Of a stretch of 64,000 nucleotides of DNA, positions 45,276 to 54,700 are shown piece after piece. Within the stretch, counting starts at the first letter, position 1. Each line of letters starts with the position of its first letter. The DNA is taken from the IMG/VR virus record IMGVR_UViG_3300036770_006434, positions 64,001-128,000 of that record, one strand, 5' to 3'. Position numbers and translations under genes: made by a program. Under the pieces are notes generated by a model. The model saw only the letters and a program-made list of their open reading frames with translations. It made no database searches and was not told where the DNA came from. Source of the stretch: a virus.

Positions 45276-45885
45276 GAGGCTCGGCGACGAAGATTATGCT
45301 AACCAAGCGAGCCTTAAGCGAGCGCGCATCGTGAGGACAACGTCCGAACGATATAGTTCGGGGCGGTGAACTGGCGGGCGTGAATCTGGTTCATTCGACA
45401 GACGGCGTTCAAGGGGACACATTCTCGCCGCAATGGGCGCGGACGCAAGTCAAAACGGTAACGCGGCCAACAGGGCGATCCTTGCCTTCCAATACTTTCG
45501 ATGTGCTCCAAGCAGCCCATCGAGCGCCTAGCGGCGCACCGACTGCGGGTAATACACTTCGTTAATAAAAAAAACGTATTGAAACCGAGGCTTGCCGAGG
45601 TTAGCCGAGCCTGCGAGGCTTAACGGGGGTGGCAGGGGGTCGCCCCCGCCGTAAAACGTAGGACAGATACGCGATTAACCCTTTAACGGTAAACAAGGAC
45701 TCACGGCTGCCGCTACCCCACGCTTTGCGCTTCACGACAGGCTGGGCTAGCGCCAAATGAAGGGTGTTTAGCGCTTATGGCGGCAAGCGGGAAAAGCGTT
45801 CAACGTTTTACGGTGTCTTGCGCTTCACGACGAATGGGCTGGCGCCTGTAACGGGTGGGCGCTTAATAGGGGTCGAATACCCTTA
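45276..45885 (+). ncRNA. Candidate long structured non-coding RNA (alternatively a hairpin-rich replication origin)
   Basis: Many stem-loops, including two repeated hairpin modules, beginning at the predicted start site. Confidence 0.45.
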
Positions 45886-45978
45886 ATGAGATATATTCTC
45901 AATTATTTGCTTGCCTACTTTTGCATACTTGCCATTATAGTATGCCATAGACAGACATACACCTACTCTTTTACCTCT

Positions 45979-46386
45979 ATGACCCTTTTGGATATCCAGA
46001 ATCAGATAGTAAACCACTTCTCCAGTAGCTCCTCGTCTTTCTCCCTTGCCGCGAATCTGGCGGCAATCAAGGTGCCGGCCACCTTTTCGGAGCACAAAGC
46101 GGCCATGGTAAAAGCAGTCATGGCGGAATTGGAGAAAATGGGTATGGTCAAACCTCTGGACGCCGAAACTTGGATTCTGACCTCCCCGCTGGGCAGCAAT
46201 GGGCAGCAAATCGAGATTTCCTACGCCCTTTCCAACGCGATTGCCGAGGAAATCAAGGCTTACGCCGATGCCAACGACTTGGAATGGACGGTTGACCCGC
46301 TCAACCTCCATGAGGGCAACTTCCTCATGCTTTTAGCCATTATCAATGACCTTCGGTCGGATGACCCGGAAGGCGACGAAAGCTGA
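45979..46386 (+). CDS. Hypothetical protein (135 aa)
   Basis: Start at MTLLD (45979); acidic C-terminus. Confidence 0.65.
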   Translation: MTLLDIQNQIVNHFSSSSSSFSLAANLAAIKVPATFSEHKAAMVKAVMAELEKMGMVKPLDAETWILTSPLGSNGQQIEISYALSNAIAEEIKAYADANDLEWTVDPLNLHEGNFLMLLAIINDLRSDDPEGDES

Positions 46387-46399
46387 ACCATTTTTTACT

Positions 46400-46690
46400 A
46401 TGACCACCTTCACCGGACCACTCGAAACCACTATCTTAGCTGCCCTCAGTCTGTGGGCGGTTTTTTACCTGATCAATTACGCGGACATCCTGAATAAACC
46501 ACGGGACTTCTTCAAGAAATTCTCCCCGAACTGGCTGAAATACCTGCTTTCCTGCGCGCTGTGCTTCTCGTTCTGGGCGCTGACCGCTATCTCGCTATTC
46601 GTCGGGTTTACCCCGCTGATCCTGTGGACACCGGTCGTGACGCTGTTTGTGGAACTGGGGTTCCGAAAACTGGCGGGAAAAGACAAGTAA
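46400..46690 (+). CDS. Small membrane protein, DUF1360-like
   Basis: Hydrophobic helices and LLSCALCFSFW (LLxCxxC...W). Confidence 0.55.
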   Translation: MTTFTGPLETTILAALSLWAVFYLINYADILNKPRDFFKKFSPNWLKYLLSCALCFSFWALTAISLFVGFTPLILWTPVVTLFVELGFRKLAGKDK

Positions 46691-46691
46691 A

Positions 46692-47168
46692 ATGAACAAT
46701 TATCCATTCAAGTTTCGGGTATGGAGCGAAACCGCCAAGCAGTGGATGAACCATGTTGCCGTGATAAACTGCCAAGGAGAGGTTTTTAGCCATTTCGTGG
46801 AGGTAAACGAAGAAAAACGCGAGGCGCGCGACCGTCTTGTCAATCTTGCTCGTCACCAGCCCGTGGTTGAACGGTGGACCGGTCTTGTAGATATCAACGG
46901 CAAAGAAGTGTATGAAGGGGATATTTGCCGCGAGAGTTGGACCGCGCCTTGCGGCCAAATGGAGTCGATTTATGTGGTGCGTTTTGGAGCGTATAAAGAT
47001 GGCGAGGGTTTTCCAAACGTCGGATTTTATACAGATAGCGACCTCAGCGACGAAACACTCGTTAATCCCGGCGGAAACTTATACCCAAACAACGACCGAT
47101 GGTATGTTGTTGGGAACATCCATGAAAACCCTCGTCTTTTAACTCATTCGTCCACATCTATTCCATGA
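46692..47168 (+). CDS. YopX-family phage protein
   Basis: KFRVW, WTGLVDINGKEVYEGDI, VVGNIHENP. Confidence 0.9.
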   Translation: MNNYPFKFRVWSETAKQWMNHVAVINCQGEVFSHFVEVNEEKREARDRLVNLARHQPVVERWTGLVDINGKEVYEGDICRESWTAPCGQMESIYVVRFGAYKDGEGFPNVGFYTDSDLSDETLVNPGGNLYPNNDRWYVVGNIHENPRLLTHSSTSIP

Positions 47169-48307
47169 TTGAAAAACTCAATGTCCGCGTAGCCTGCAAC
47201 AGCCTAAGTCTTGGACAGGTCGGCTTTAATATCGTCCGCGAACTGTATAAGCGCAGAATCAAGTGTTCCATCTTCCCGTATGGTGGCGTTGACTTGTCTG
47301 CCTACAAAGTGGACCCCCAATTCGGGGCTTGGCTCACCAAATCGGTGAACGAGCGGTATACGTCCCTAGATAGGAAAATTCCCACCCTGAATTGCTGGCA
47401 CCTGCGGGATTCCGAACTCCGGCTGAGTGACAAACAGGTTACGCTTTCGTTTCACGAAACGGACCAGCCGACGAATGAAGAGGTCAATATCGTAAACCAG
47501 CAGGATTACACATTTTTCTCCTCCTCTTGGTCGGTGGACAACTTCCTGACATTTGGCGCGAAAAACGTGGGCTTCGTCCACCTTGGGCTGGACCCCGATT
47601 TCGTGCCGGCCGCCGGTTCGATGTTCCCGCCGGAAGTGACCCATTGGATTTGTGTCGGCAAATGGGAGGACCTGCGCAAGATGACTGGGCAGAAAATCGC
47701 GACTTGGATCAAGAGGTATGGCGGGAATCAGAGCCATCAATTGACCATTTGCGTGAACAACCCGTTCTATCAGAAGCGCCGGCTTCCCGACGGTCGGGTG
47801 GAGGGGTTTGACATGAATGACGTGTATGCGCGGCTGTTCGGCAGCGCGGACTGGCCGCGAGCCAAGCCGTCCAACGTTAATGTCCTGCCGCACCTGAAGA
47901 CAAACGCGGAAATGGCCAGTCTCTACCAATCAGCCGACATTGATCTGTCCGGCATCTCCCGCGCGGAGGGGTATAACCTCCCCGCCTTTACGGCGACCGC
48001 TTTCGGCAAGTGGAGTATTGTCACCAACTGTTCTGCCCACAAAGATTGGGCGACAGCCGAAAACAGTATCCTTATCGAGCCGACGGGCAGCGTCAAAGCG
48101 GTGGACGGGTTCTTCTTCCGTGAAGGCGACCAGTTCAGCTCCGGCAATATGTTCGACTTTGCGCCTGATGCCATTGAGGAAGCCATGATTAGGGCGGAAA
48201 AACTGGCGAAGACCCCGAATCCAGCCGGTCTGGAACTCGGTAAAACACTGACTTACAAGCATACGGTTGACCGTATTCTGGATAAAATCGAAGAGATTTC
48301 GGTGTAA
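47165..48307 (+). CDS. GT4 (GT-B) glycosyltransferase
   Basis: FHETD, VGKWEDLRK, RAEGYNLP, TNCSAH. Confidence 0.8.
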   Translation: MIEKLNVRVACNSLSLGQVGFNIVRELYKRRIKCSIFPYGGVDLSAYKVDPQFGAWLTKSVNERYTSLDRKIPTLNCWHLRDSELRLSDKQVTLSFHETDQPTNEEVNIVNQQDYTFFSSSWSVDNFLTFGAKNVGFVHLGLDPDFVPAAGSMFPPEVTHWICVGKWEDLRKMTGQKIATWIKRYGGNQSHQLTICVNNPFYQKRRLPDGRVEGFDMNDVYARLFGSADWPRAKPSNVNVLPHLKTNAEMASLYQSADIDLSGISRAEGYNLPAFTATAFGKWSIVTNCSAHKDWATAENSILIEPTGSVKAVDGFFFREGDQFSSGNMFDFAPDAIEEAMIRAEKLAKTPNPAGLELGKTLTYKHTVDRILDKIEEISV

Positions 48308-48308
48308 C
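48284..48308 (+). promoter_or_regulatory. AAAA-N14-GTGTAAC motif
   Basis: Overlaps the glycosyltransferase stop codon, 24 nt upstream of the ATG at 48333. Confidence 0.55.
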
Positions 48309-48332
48309 CAACTGAATAGACCAATTACTACC

Positions 48333-49052
48333 ATGCCATTTGATCTTTGCGCCATTGCCGGAGTCACATACGAAGACCAGTCTCTTCTCAAAACCGTCCG
48401 AAAGGAAGCTGACAAAAAGTTCTCGAAAGACTCTTATACCAAAAACCTCTGGGTCCTTCGCGAATACAAGAAGCGCGGCGGCAAGGTGAAGTATGAGGGG
48501 CGGAAACCGGCACGAAAGGAAATCAAGAAGCAAGTAACCGCTTCCATTGATTTCGAGATGGAGGCCGTTCGTCTAAGCATTCCCGCCGAAATCGAAGCCG
48601 CCAACGCTTCGGCAGACTCGGATATCCGCGATTTGGTGGAAGACCTTCAGACTTACGCCTATTGTGTGGAGGCTGATGAGGATGATACGGACGGATTCAT
48701 GCAGGACTTTGTGGAAGAGGCGGCGAAAAAGAAGAAGAATGTGAAGCTGAACAAACCGTTCCGCACTCCGGGTGGCCCGAAGAAATTCGCGGTATACGTG
48801 AAGAATGAGAAGGGCAATATCGTGATGGTTAGGTTTGGCGATCCTTCGTCCGAGATAAAGCGCGATGACCCCGAACGGCGTAAGAATTTCCGCGCTCGTC
48901 ATAACTGTGATAATCCCGGCCCAAAAACGAGGGCCAAATTCTGGTCTTGCCGGCTGTGGGCTCGTAAGCCCGTTTCCGACATCGTCGGCAGCGAAAACGA
49001 AAGTGCATTGAAAGAGATTTTTGGCGAAGTAGAGGTAGAAGAGTCAGAATGA
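48333..49052 (+). CDS. Conserved phage hypothetical protein
   Basis: NLWVLREYKKRGGK and KLNKPFRTPGGPKKFAVYVK...RFGD...RRKNFRARHNC...FWSCRLW segments, recalled as widespread in aquatic phages. Confidence 0.6.
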   Translation: MPFDLCAIAGVTYEDQSLLKTVRKEADKKFSKDSYTKNLWVLREYKKRGGKVKYEGRKPARKEIKKQVTASIDFEMEAVRLSIPAEIEAANASADSDIRDLVEDLQTYAYCVEADEDDTDGFMQDFVEEAAKKKKNVKLNKPFRTPGGPKKFAVYVKNEKGNIVMVRFGDPSSEIKRDDPERRKNFRARHNCDNPGPKTRAKFWSCRLWARKPVSDIVGSENESALKEIFGEVEVEESE

Positions 49053-49837
49053 AGTATTACGTATACGTTATTTTAGACCCATTTACGGGTCCATATGATT
49101 GTTTTGAACACCATCCTATCTACATCGGAAAGGGAACTGGAAACCGTTGCGAAATGCACCTAAAACTCGGATTTGAAGAAGACTCAAACAGGGTAAAAAG
49201 TTCTAGAATAAAGAAAATAATGTCAAAAGGTAAAAAACCTGTGATTTTGAAGGTTTTTCATACGGATGACGAGACCGAAGCATACGAACACGAGGAGTCT
49301 TTGATAGCAAAATATGGAGTTTTTGGTGATGGTATTTTGACAAATCTAACCCCAAGTTGTAGACCACCAAGCAGAAAAGGCGCGATTATATCACAGGAAC
49401 AAAGAGATATTGTTGGAAAAGCCGCCAGAAAAAGACTTTTAGGTAAGACATATGAAGAATTATACGGAGACCGTGCCGAAGAAGTAAAAAAGAAGATTGG
49501 GGCCGCAACCAGAAGACGGGCAAAAGACATTAAAACGGAAACTCGCGAAAAACTGAGCAAATCAAACGTTAGATCATACGTGGAAATATATGGATCAGTA
49601 GAAGAGGCGGAAAGACATAAAAAAATACGATCAGAAGCAAGAAAAGGGAAGAAAAGAACTCCAGAGCAAAGAGCGAGAATGGCAGAGTTAAATAGAAAAA
49701 CAAGAGAAAAATTTGGAAACGACAAAAGCAAAACTTGGAATGGAGTTAGGTATAATACTACCAAAGAAGCAATAAAAGCGTCAGGTCTTTCCTCGGGAAG
49801 ATTTTACAAATTCTTACATAGCACACAAACGAATTAA
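49049..49837 (+). CDS. GIY-YIG homing endonuclease with NUMOD3-like repeats
   Basis: YYVYVILDP...IYIGKGTGNR...EESLIAKYG...LTNL; basic helical repeats. AT-rich. Confidence 0.85.
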   Translation: MKYYVYVILDPFTGPYDCFEHHPIYIGKGTGNRCEMHLKLGFEEDSNRVKSSRIKKIMSKGKKPVILKVFHTDDETEAYEHEESLIAKYGVFGDGILTNLTPSCRPPSRKGAIISQEQRDIVGKAARKRLLGKTYEELYGDRAEEVKKKIGAATRRRAKDIKTETREKLSKSNVRSYVEIYGSVEEAERHKKIRSEARKGKKRTPEQRARMAELNRKTREKFGNDKSKTWNGVRYNTTKEAIKASGLSSGRFYKFLHSTQTN

Positions 49838-49846
49838 CCTCACTCT

Positions 49847-50266
49847 ATGCCCGCTTACGATTTTGAGAATCCAGAAACCGGAGAAGTCATTTCCGCCTAT
49901 ATCCCTTTGACTGCGCCTGACTCTGCGCGCCAGTTCCAAGTGATTGACGGCAAGACCTATAAGCGTGTCTACTCCTCGCCGCTGGCCGCCGTGGACCTAG
50001 CCACCCGTCAAGGAGATGGAACAAAGAATGACTTTTATCGCGTTACCACGGGTAAACGCGGCATGAAAGTCGGAGACCTTTGGGAAATCTCACAGTCCAT
50101 GAGCGATAAACGTAAAAACCTTATGGGCACGGACCCGGTCCACGAGGAATACTACCGCAATTACGAGAAGGAAAACGGCGAACGCCACTCAGACCTTGTC
50201 AAAAGGGAAAAAGCGGAAAAACTGAATGCCCGGCTGGCGGACATGGGGATCAAGATTAAAACCTGA
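49847..50266 (+). CDS. FmdB-like small protein lacking the Cys ligands
   Basis: MPAYDFENPETGEV...KRVYS. Confidence 0.5.
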   Translation: MPAYDFENPETGEVISAYIPLTAPDSARQFQVIDGKTYKRVYSSPLAAVDLATRQGDGTKNDFYRVTTGKRGMKVGDLWEISQSMSDKRKNLMGTDPVHEEYYRNYEKENGERHSDLVKREKAEKLNARLADMGIKIKT

Positions 50267-50267
50267 C

Positions 50268-50483
50268 TTAGCCGGGGTAAGCGCCCCTAGACTTCATGTC
50301 GGACACCCATTTTTTGCGATGCCCAGCTATATCCCAGTCCCACTTGGCGGTTTCATAACCCACATCGTAGCCAGCTTTTTCCGACATATACCATTTGTGC
50401 TCAAGGATAGCCTGTTTTTCCATCAACCAAGCCGTGTAAAGATTGGACCTTTCAATCGGGAACATCTCTCCGGTAGCGTTCAT
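50268..50483 (-). CDS. Small DUF4032-like protein
   Basis: EKQAILEHKWYMSEKAGYDVGYE.A..DW. Has its own GTGTAAC at 50495-50501. Confidence 0.6.
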   Translation of the reverse strand: MNATGEMFPIERSNLYTAWLMEKQAILEHKWYMSEKAGYDVGYETAKWDWDIAGHRKKWVSDMKSRGAYPG

Positions 50484-50494
50484 TGTCAACAGTA

Positions 50495-50519
50495 GTTACA
50501 CTTGTCGCAACGGGTTTTC
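50495..50519 (-). promoter_or_regulatory. GAAA-N14-GTGTAAC motif
   Basis: 11 nt upstream of the ATG at 50483. Confidence 0.55.
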
Positions 50520-50521
50520 TC

Positions 50522-50549
50522 TTGACTACCTGACAAATACCTCCATAAT
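50522..50549 (+). promoter_or_regulatory. Sigma70-like promoter TTGACT-N16-CATAAT
   Basis: Upstream of the putative ssb gene. Confidence 0.7.
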
Positions 50550-50637
50550 AGACTTTTGCTGAAATCCGTGTCGGTCACAAGCCACTCGGGTCTAGGCAGA
50601 TACCAAACAAAAACCAAACACAAAACCAAATACTACC

Positions 50638-51387
50638 ATGGCACTTAGCAATGGATCAGGCACAAACAACTCCGGGCCGCTCGTCTTTTTGAGCGCCCGT
50701 TCAAAGATCAAGGGCTCAGATGGAAAAGACGTGGAACTCGCCAAGCCCTATTTCGAGATTTCCCGCGTAAACGACGAGGGTCAGATCGTAAAAACCGACG
50801 AGACCGCGACCCGAGTGGAAGGAGACCTTGTAGCTATCAAACTCAAGGTCCGTGAATACAACGGCAAAAAGACCCCTCATGTAGTCCTTTACGTTCAGGA
50901 CAATAACCCGGAAGCTGAAAAGAAGGAAACCTACTCTCTGGATTTGACGCACCGCATCTCGACCCGATCCCTGTTCAACGCCATCCTCTCGCTGGAGAGC
51001 CCGAAGAATATCGCGATCAGTATCTACAAGTCGAAAAAGGGTTACGAATCCTTTGGGCTGGATCAGGACGGCGAAAAAGTGAAGTGGAAGTATGAAATTG
51101 CCGATCTTCCCGCCGCCGAAGTAATCAAGGACAAGAGGGGCGAAGTCATCAAAACGGATCACAGCGATGTTGACGCCTTTTTCGAGACCGAACTCAAGGT
51201 GTTGGCCGAAAAGTTCGGGTTCAACACCGGGAATAAGTCGGACAACAAGCCGGCCACGGATGAGACCCCGACTCCTGCCGCGACTCCCGCTGCCAAGCCT
51301 GCTGCAAAGTCCACTGGCAAACCGGCCGCCAAAGCCGCCGCCAAGCCGGAGCCCGAACAGAACGACGACGATAGCGTGCCGTTCTAA
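50638..51387 (+). CDS. Putative single-stranded DNA-binding protein
   Basis: Beta-rich core, PAAK linker and acidic tail ending DDDSVPF. Confidence 0.7.
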   Translation: MALSNGSGTNNSGPLVFLSARSKIKGSDGKDVELAKPYFEISRVNDEGQIVKTDETATRVEGDLVAIKLKVREYNGKKTPHVVLYVQDNNPEAEKKETYSLDLTHRISTRSLFNAILSLESPKNIAISIYKSKKGYESFGLDQDGEKVKWKYEIADLPAAEVIKDKRGEVIKTDHSDVDAFFETELKVLAEKFGFNTGNKSDNKPATDETPTPAATPAAKPAAKSTGKPAAKAAAKPEPEQNDDDSVPF

Positions 51388-51413
51388 TCGGGACTGAAAT
51401 AAGACCCCACTCG

Positions 51414-51448
51414 CCCCGTTCGCCGGATTCTCTGGCAACGGGGTTTTT
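51414..51448 (+). terminator. Rho-independent terminator
   Basis: CCCCGTT/AACGGGG stem followed by TTTTT. Confidence 0.75.
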
Positions 51449-51466
51449 GGGTAAGGAACGGTAACT

Positions 51467-51673
51467 ATGGACGCTACACAATTTACATATTGGCTCAAAG
51501 GGTATACGGAACTCGGGGGAGACTGCCCGACTCCGGCGCAGTGGGAAGTAATCAAGGAGCATTTGGATTTGGTGTTTAACAAGGTAACGACGAAGACGGT
51601 GACATCTCCAAGTCCTACCCCTACATACTGCACGAATGCTGCGGTAAATTACACCAATTTAGACCTAAGCTAG
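51467..51673 (+). CDS. Hypothetical protein (68 aa)
   Basis: QFTYWLKGYTE...QWEVIKEHLDLVF, a small phage-type ORF. Confidence 0.65.
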   Translation: MDATQFTYWLKGYTELGGDCPTPAQWEVIKEHLDLVFNKVTTKTVTSPSPTPTYCTNAAVNYTNLDLS

Positions 51674-51709
51674 AATAAGTCAAACCCCATCATTCGCTGT
51701 TAACTTTCT

Positions 51710-54700
51710 ATGTCCCGCAAAAAGAAAATCGTTCTTTCCACCAACCCGCCTTGGCTCCACACCGGACTGGCGGAAAACGGTCGCTTTCTGGCACAATGGT
51801 TGTATAAGACCGGAAAATATGACCTCTCCTATTACTGCTCCCAGTCCAGTGTGGCGGACCCCAATCACGGGCGGCAACCTTGGAAGAGTCGCGGCTGTAT
51901 CCCGAACGACCCCAACATTATCCAACAGCTGAATCAGGACCAGAACCGCGCCAGAATGGCATCATACGGCGGGCTGCTCATCGGACAAGTGGTAAAAGAG
52001 GAACAACCGGACATCCTGTGGTGTTCGGACGACGCTTGGGCGTTCCCCGGAAACGAGTTTTTCAACGCCCCTTGGTGGAATAAAATCAATCCGATTCTCC
52101 ACATCACGGTAGACTCTCTCCCCATTCTGGAACAGGCGTATGATCAGGCGAAAGTGACGCCCAATTTTTTTACGTGGGCCAAATTCGGGTCCACCGAAAT
52201 GCGGAAACGTGGCCCGGAATGGGCGCATACCAAGCAGATTTACGGCGCGACGAATGTAAACAATTTCTCTCCGGTTTCAGCGAACGAGAAAGCGGAGTTG
52301 CGGCGACGGTTCGGTATCGGGCAGAACACACTGGTATTCGGATTCACGTTCCGTAACCAGTTGCGAAAAGAAGCGCTTTCCGTCCTTCGCGCGTTCCAAG
52401 AGTTTACGAAACTCCACAAAACGGTTGACGCAAAACTCCACCTGCACACGAGTTGGAGTGAAACCGCGAACGGATGGGACATCCCGAAGTTCATCAAACT
52501 CTTCGGTGTAAATCCCGAAAGCGTGCTCTGCACTTACGTTTGCAAAAACTGCGGGAACTGGCACATCTCCCCGTATCGCGGCGAGGATCAGAACTGCCCG
52601 TATTGCGGGGCGCAGAAGTCCATGGTAACCGCCAATATCAATCACGGTGTTCCGGATGAGGAAATGAAATATGTCTACGGCATCCGTGACGCGACAGTTT
52701 CCGCTTTCACCTCCGGTGGTCTGGAATTCGAGAACGTGAATACCCTCCTTTGCGGACTCCCGCTGGCCAGCACCAATTACTCGTGCGGTCAGGATTTCTG
52801 CGAGCAACCGTTTGTGACTCCTATCGACTGGCATTTCCGCAATGAGGCTGGCACCTCTTTCATCAAGGCCACCAACGATATCGGCTCCATCCGGAAGTTC
52901 ATGGAAAAGATTTCTGCCATGTCTCTTGCGAAACGTCAGGAAATCGGAGAAATCGGGCGGGATTGGGCGAAGAACACGTTTTCCATCGAGTCTATTGGGC
53001 CGCAGTGGGAGCAAGTTTTCGACGCTTTGCCGCCAAAAGATTGGTCCTCCATCTCCCTTACGCCGCCGCGCAAGAACGAGACTTATCCTATTCCCCAGAT
53101 TCAGGATGATCAAGCATGGGTGACGGCGCTGTATAACAATATCCTTGTCTGTCAGCCCGACCCCGATGGGCTCAAACACTGGATGTCCCAGCTGAAATCG
53201 GGAATCACGCGAGACGCGATCTATCAGTTTTTCCTCAAGATTGCCCGCGAGGACAACGCCAAGCTGGAGCCGCCGAAAGACTTCTCATCCCTGTTTGACG
53301 CAAATGATAGGAAGAAAATCCTCTTCGTAATGAAGGAGTCCGGCGGGGACCTGTTTATTGCCAGTGCCCTGTTCAAGGGACTGAAGGCTCTATACCCCGG
53401 AGCAGACCTATACGTTGGGTGCGAACCCAAATTCGCGGAAATCATTGCTGGAAATCCCTATGTTCACAAAATCCTGAGCTACCACCCGGCCATGGAGCAG
53501 GAACTGGTCATGCGCAACTACGTTGACCATTACTACTTCCCGGCGGTCCAGACGCAAAGACAACTCGGGTATCTGACCCGCAAGTTGACGCTGGCCCAGA
53601 CCTACGCGCACGCATCCGGCGTTGAGTTGGACAAACCTTGGATTCTGTCCACGTTTTTCCCGCTGGATCATCCGGTCGAAAAATCTATTCTGATCCACGC
53701 CTTTGCCGGGGCCACGGTAAACCAAAACGGGCAAATCCACGCCACGTTTCCGGCCAAAATCTACGATCACTTCAATGACGTGGTCCAGCTCCTGAAACCA
53801 ATCGCGGAATCTCTCGGCTACAAACTGTATCAGATCGGCGGACCCGGCGAACCCGGCTTGAAGGGAATAGAGTCTCTGGTCGGAAAAACGAGCATGCACC
53901 AATGCGCGTATCTGGTCAAAAACTGCGCGCTCCTTATCGGGAATGACTCCATGTGGGCTCATATCCGAGGGGGCGAAATGAAGCCACAGGTCCATATCTA
54001 TGGCTCAACTTCATCCCCTCATTTCCCACACTGGCGCGACCCCGAAAAGTCGTTTTTGATCGAGTCCCATCGCGGCGGCAAGAAACCCAGTTACGCGGCT
54101 GTAGAAACCCCCAAGACGATCAACTGGATCACGCCGGAAGAGATCGTGAATACGTCCCTCAAAGCGATTGGAGCTGAACGGCGCGTGACCCAGAAATCCA
54201 TTCTGTTCGGCGATGCCTACCATGTGGCAGCGGTCGAGCTTGTGCCCAACTGTATTGTCGGTCCACAAGTTCAGATGCCGGGACCTCTGGTGGTCAGAAT
54301 GGATTATGTGTCGGACGCAAAGGCGGCAGAGCCCCATCTCCTCTCCAATCTACAGATCAGGCCGTGCCTGATTATCACGGACAAGGAATTGGACCTGAAC
54401 CTTTTGCGACAGGCCAAGCCGAGGATCACAGCGTTGCGCGTAGAGGTTGACAAAGTAAGTCCCGAATGGGTCAAGCAGGTCAAAAAGATCGGTATCCCGA
54501 CGGCGTTTTTCTCATCGGAACAGGACCCCGAAAAACTCGCCAAGCTACGGTTGGACTATTACGATACCTGCGTTTTCGACCATTTTCAACCGCCTAAGAA
54601 AGAGGAGTTTGAAAAACTTGCGGCAACATACCTGAACAAATCTCTTGACGCAGGTGGCATACCTGCTAACCTAAGGTTTGCTACAAATAAATTCCTTTTA

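Noticed and set aside
45883-45978. TM-like N-terminal extension of ORF 45886-46386
   Set aside because: AT-rich intergenic-like sequence; the ATG at 45979 is more plausible, although 45886 cannot be fully excluded.
51260-51360. PAA(T/K) repeats in ssb as a DNA repeat element
   Set aside because: An ordinary low-complexity linker before the acidic SSB tail.
50716-53995. Long minus-strand ORFs (50716-51633, 52277-53179, 53408-53995)
   Set aside because: Shadows of ssb and the large glycosyltransferase, with typical antisense composition.
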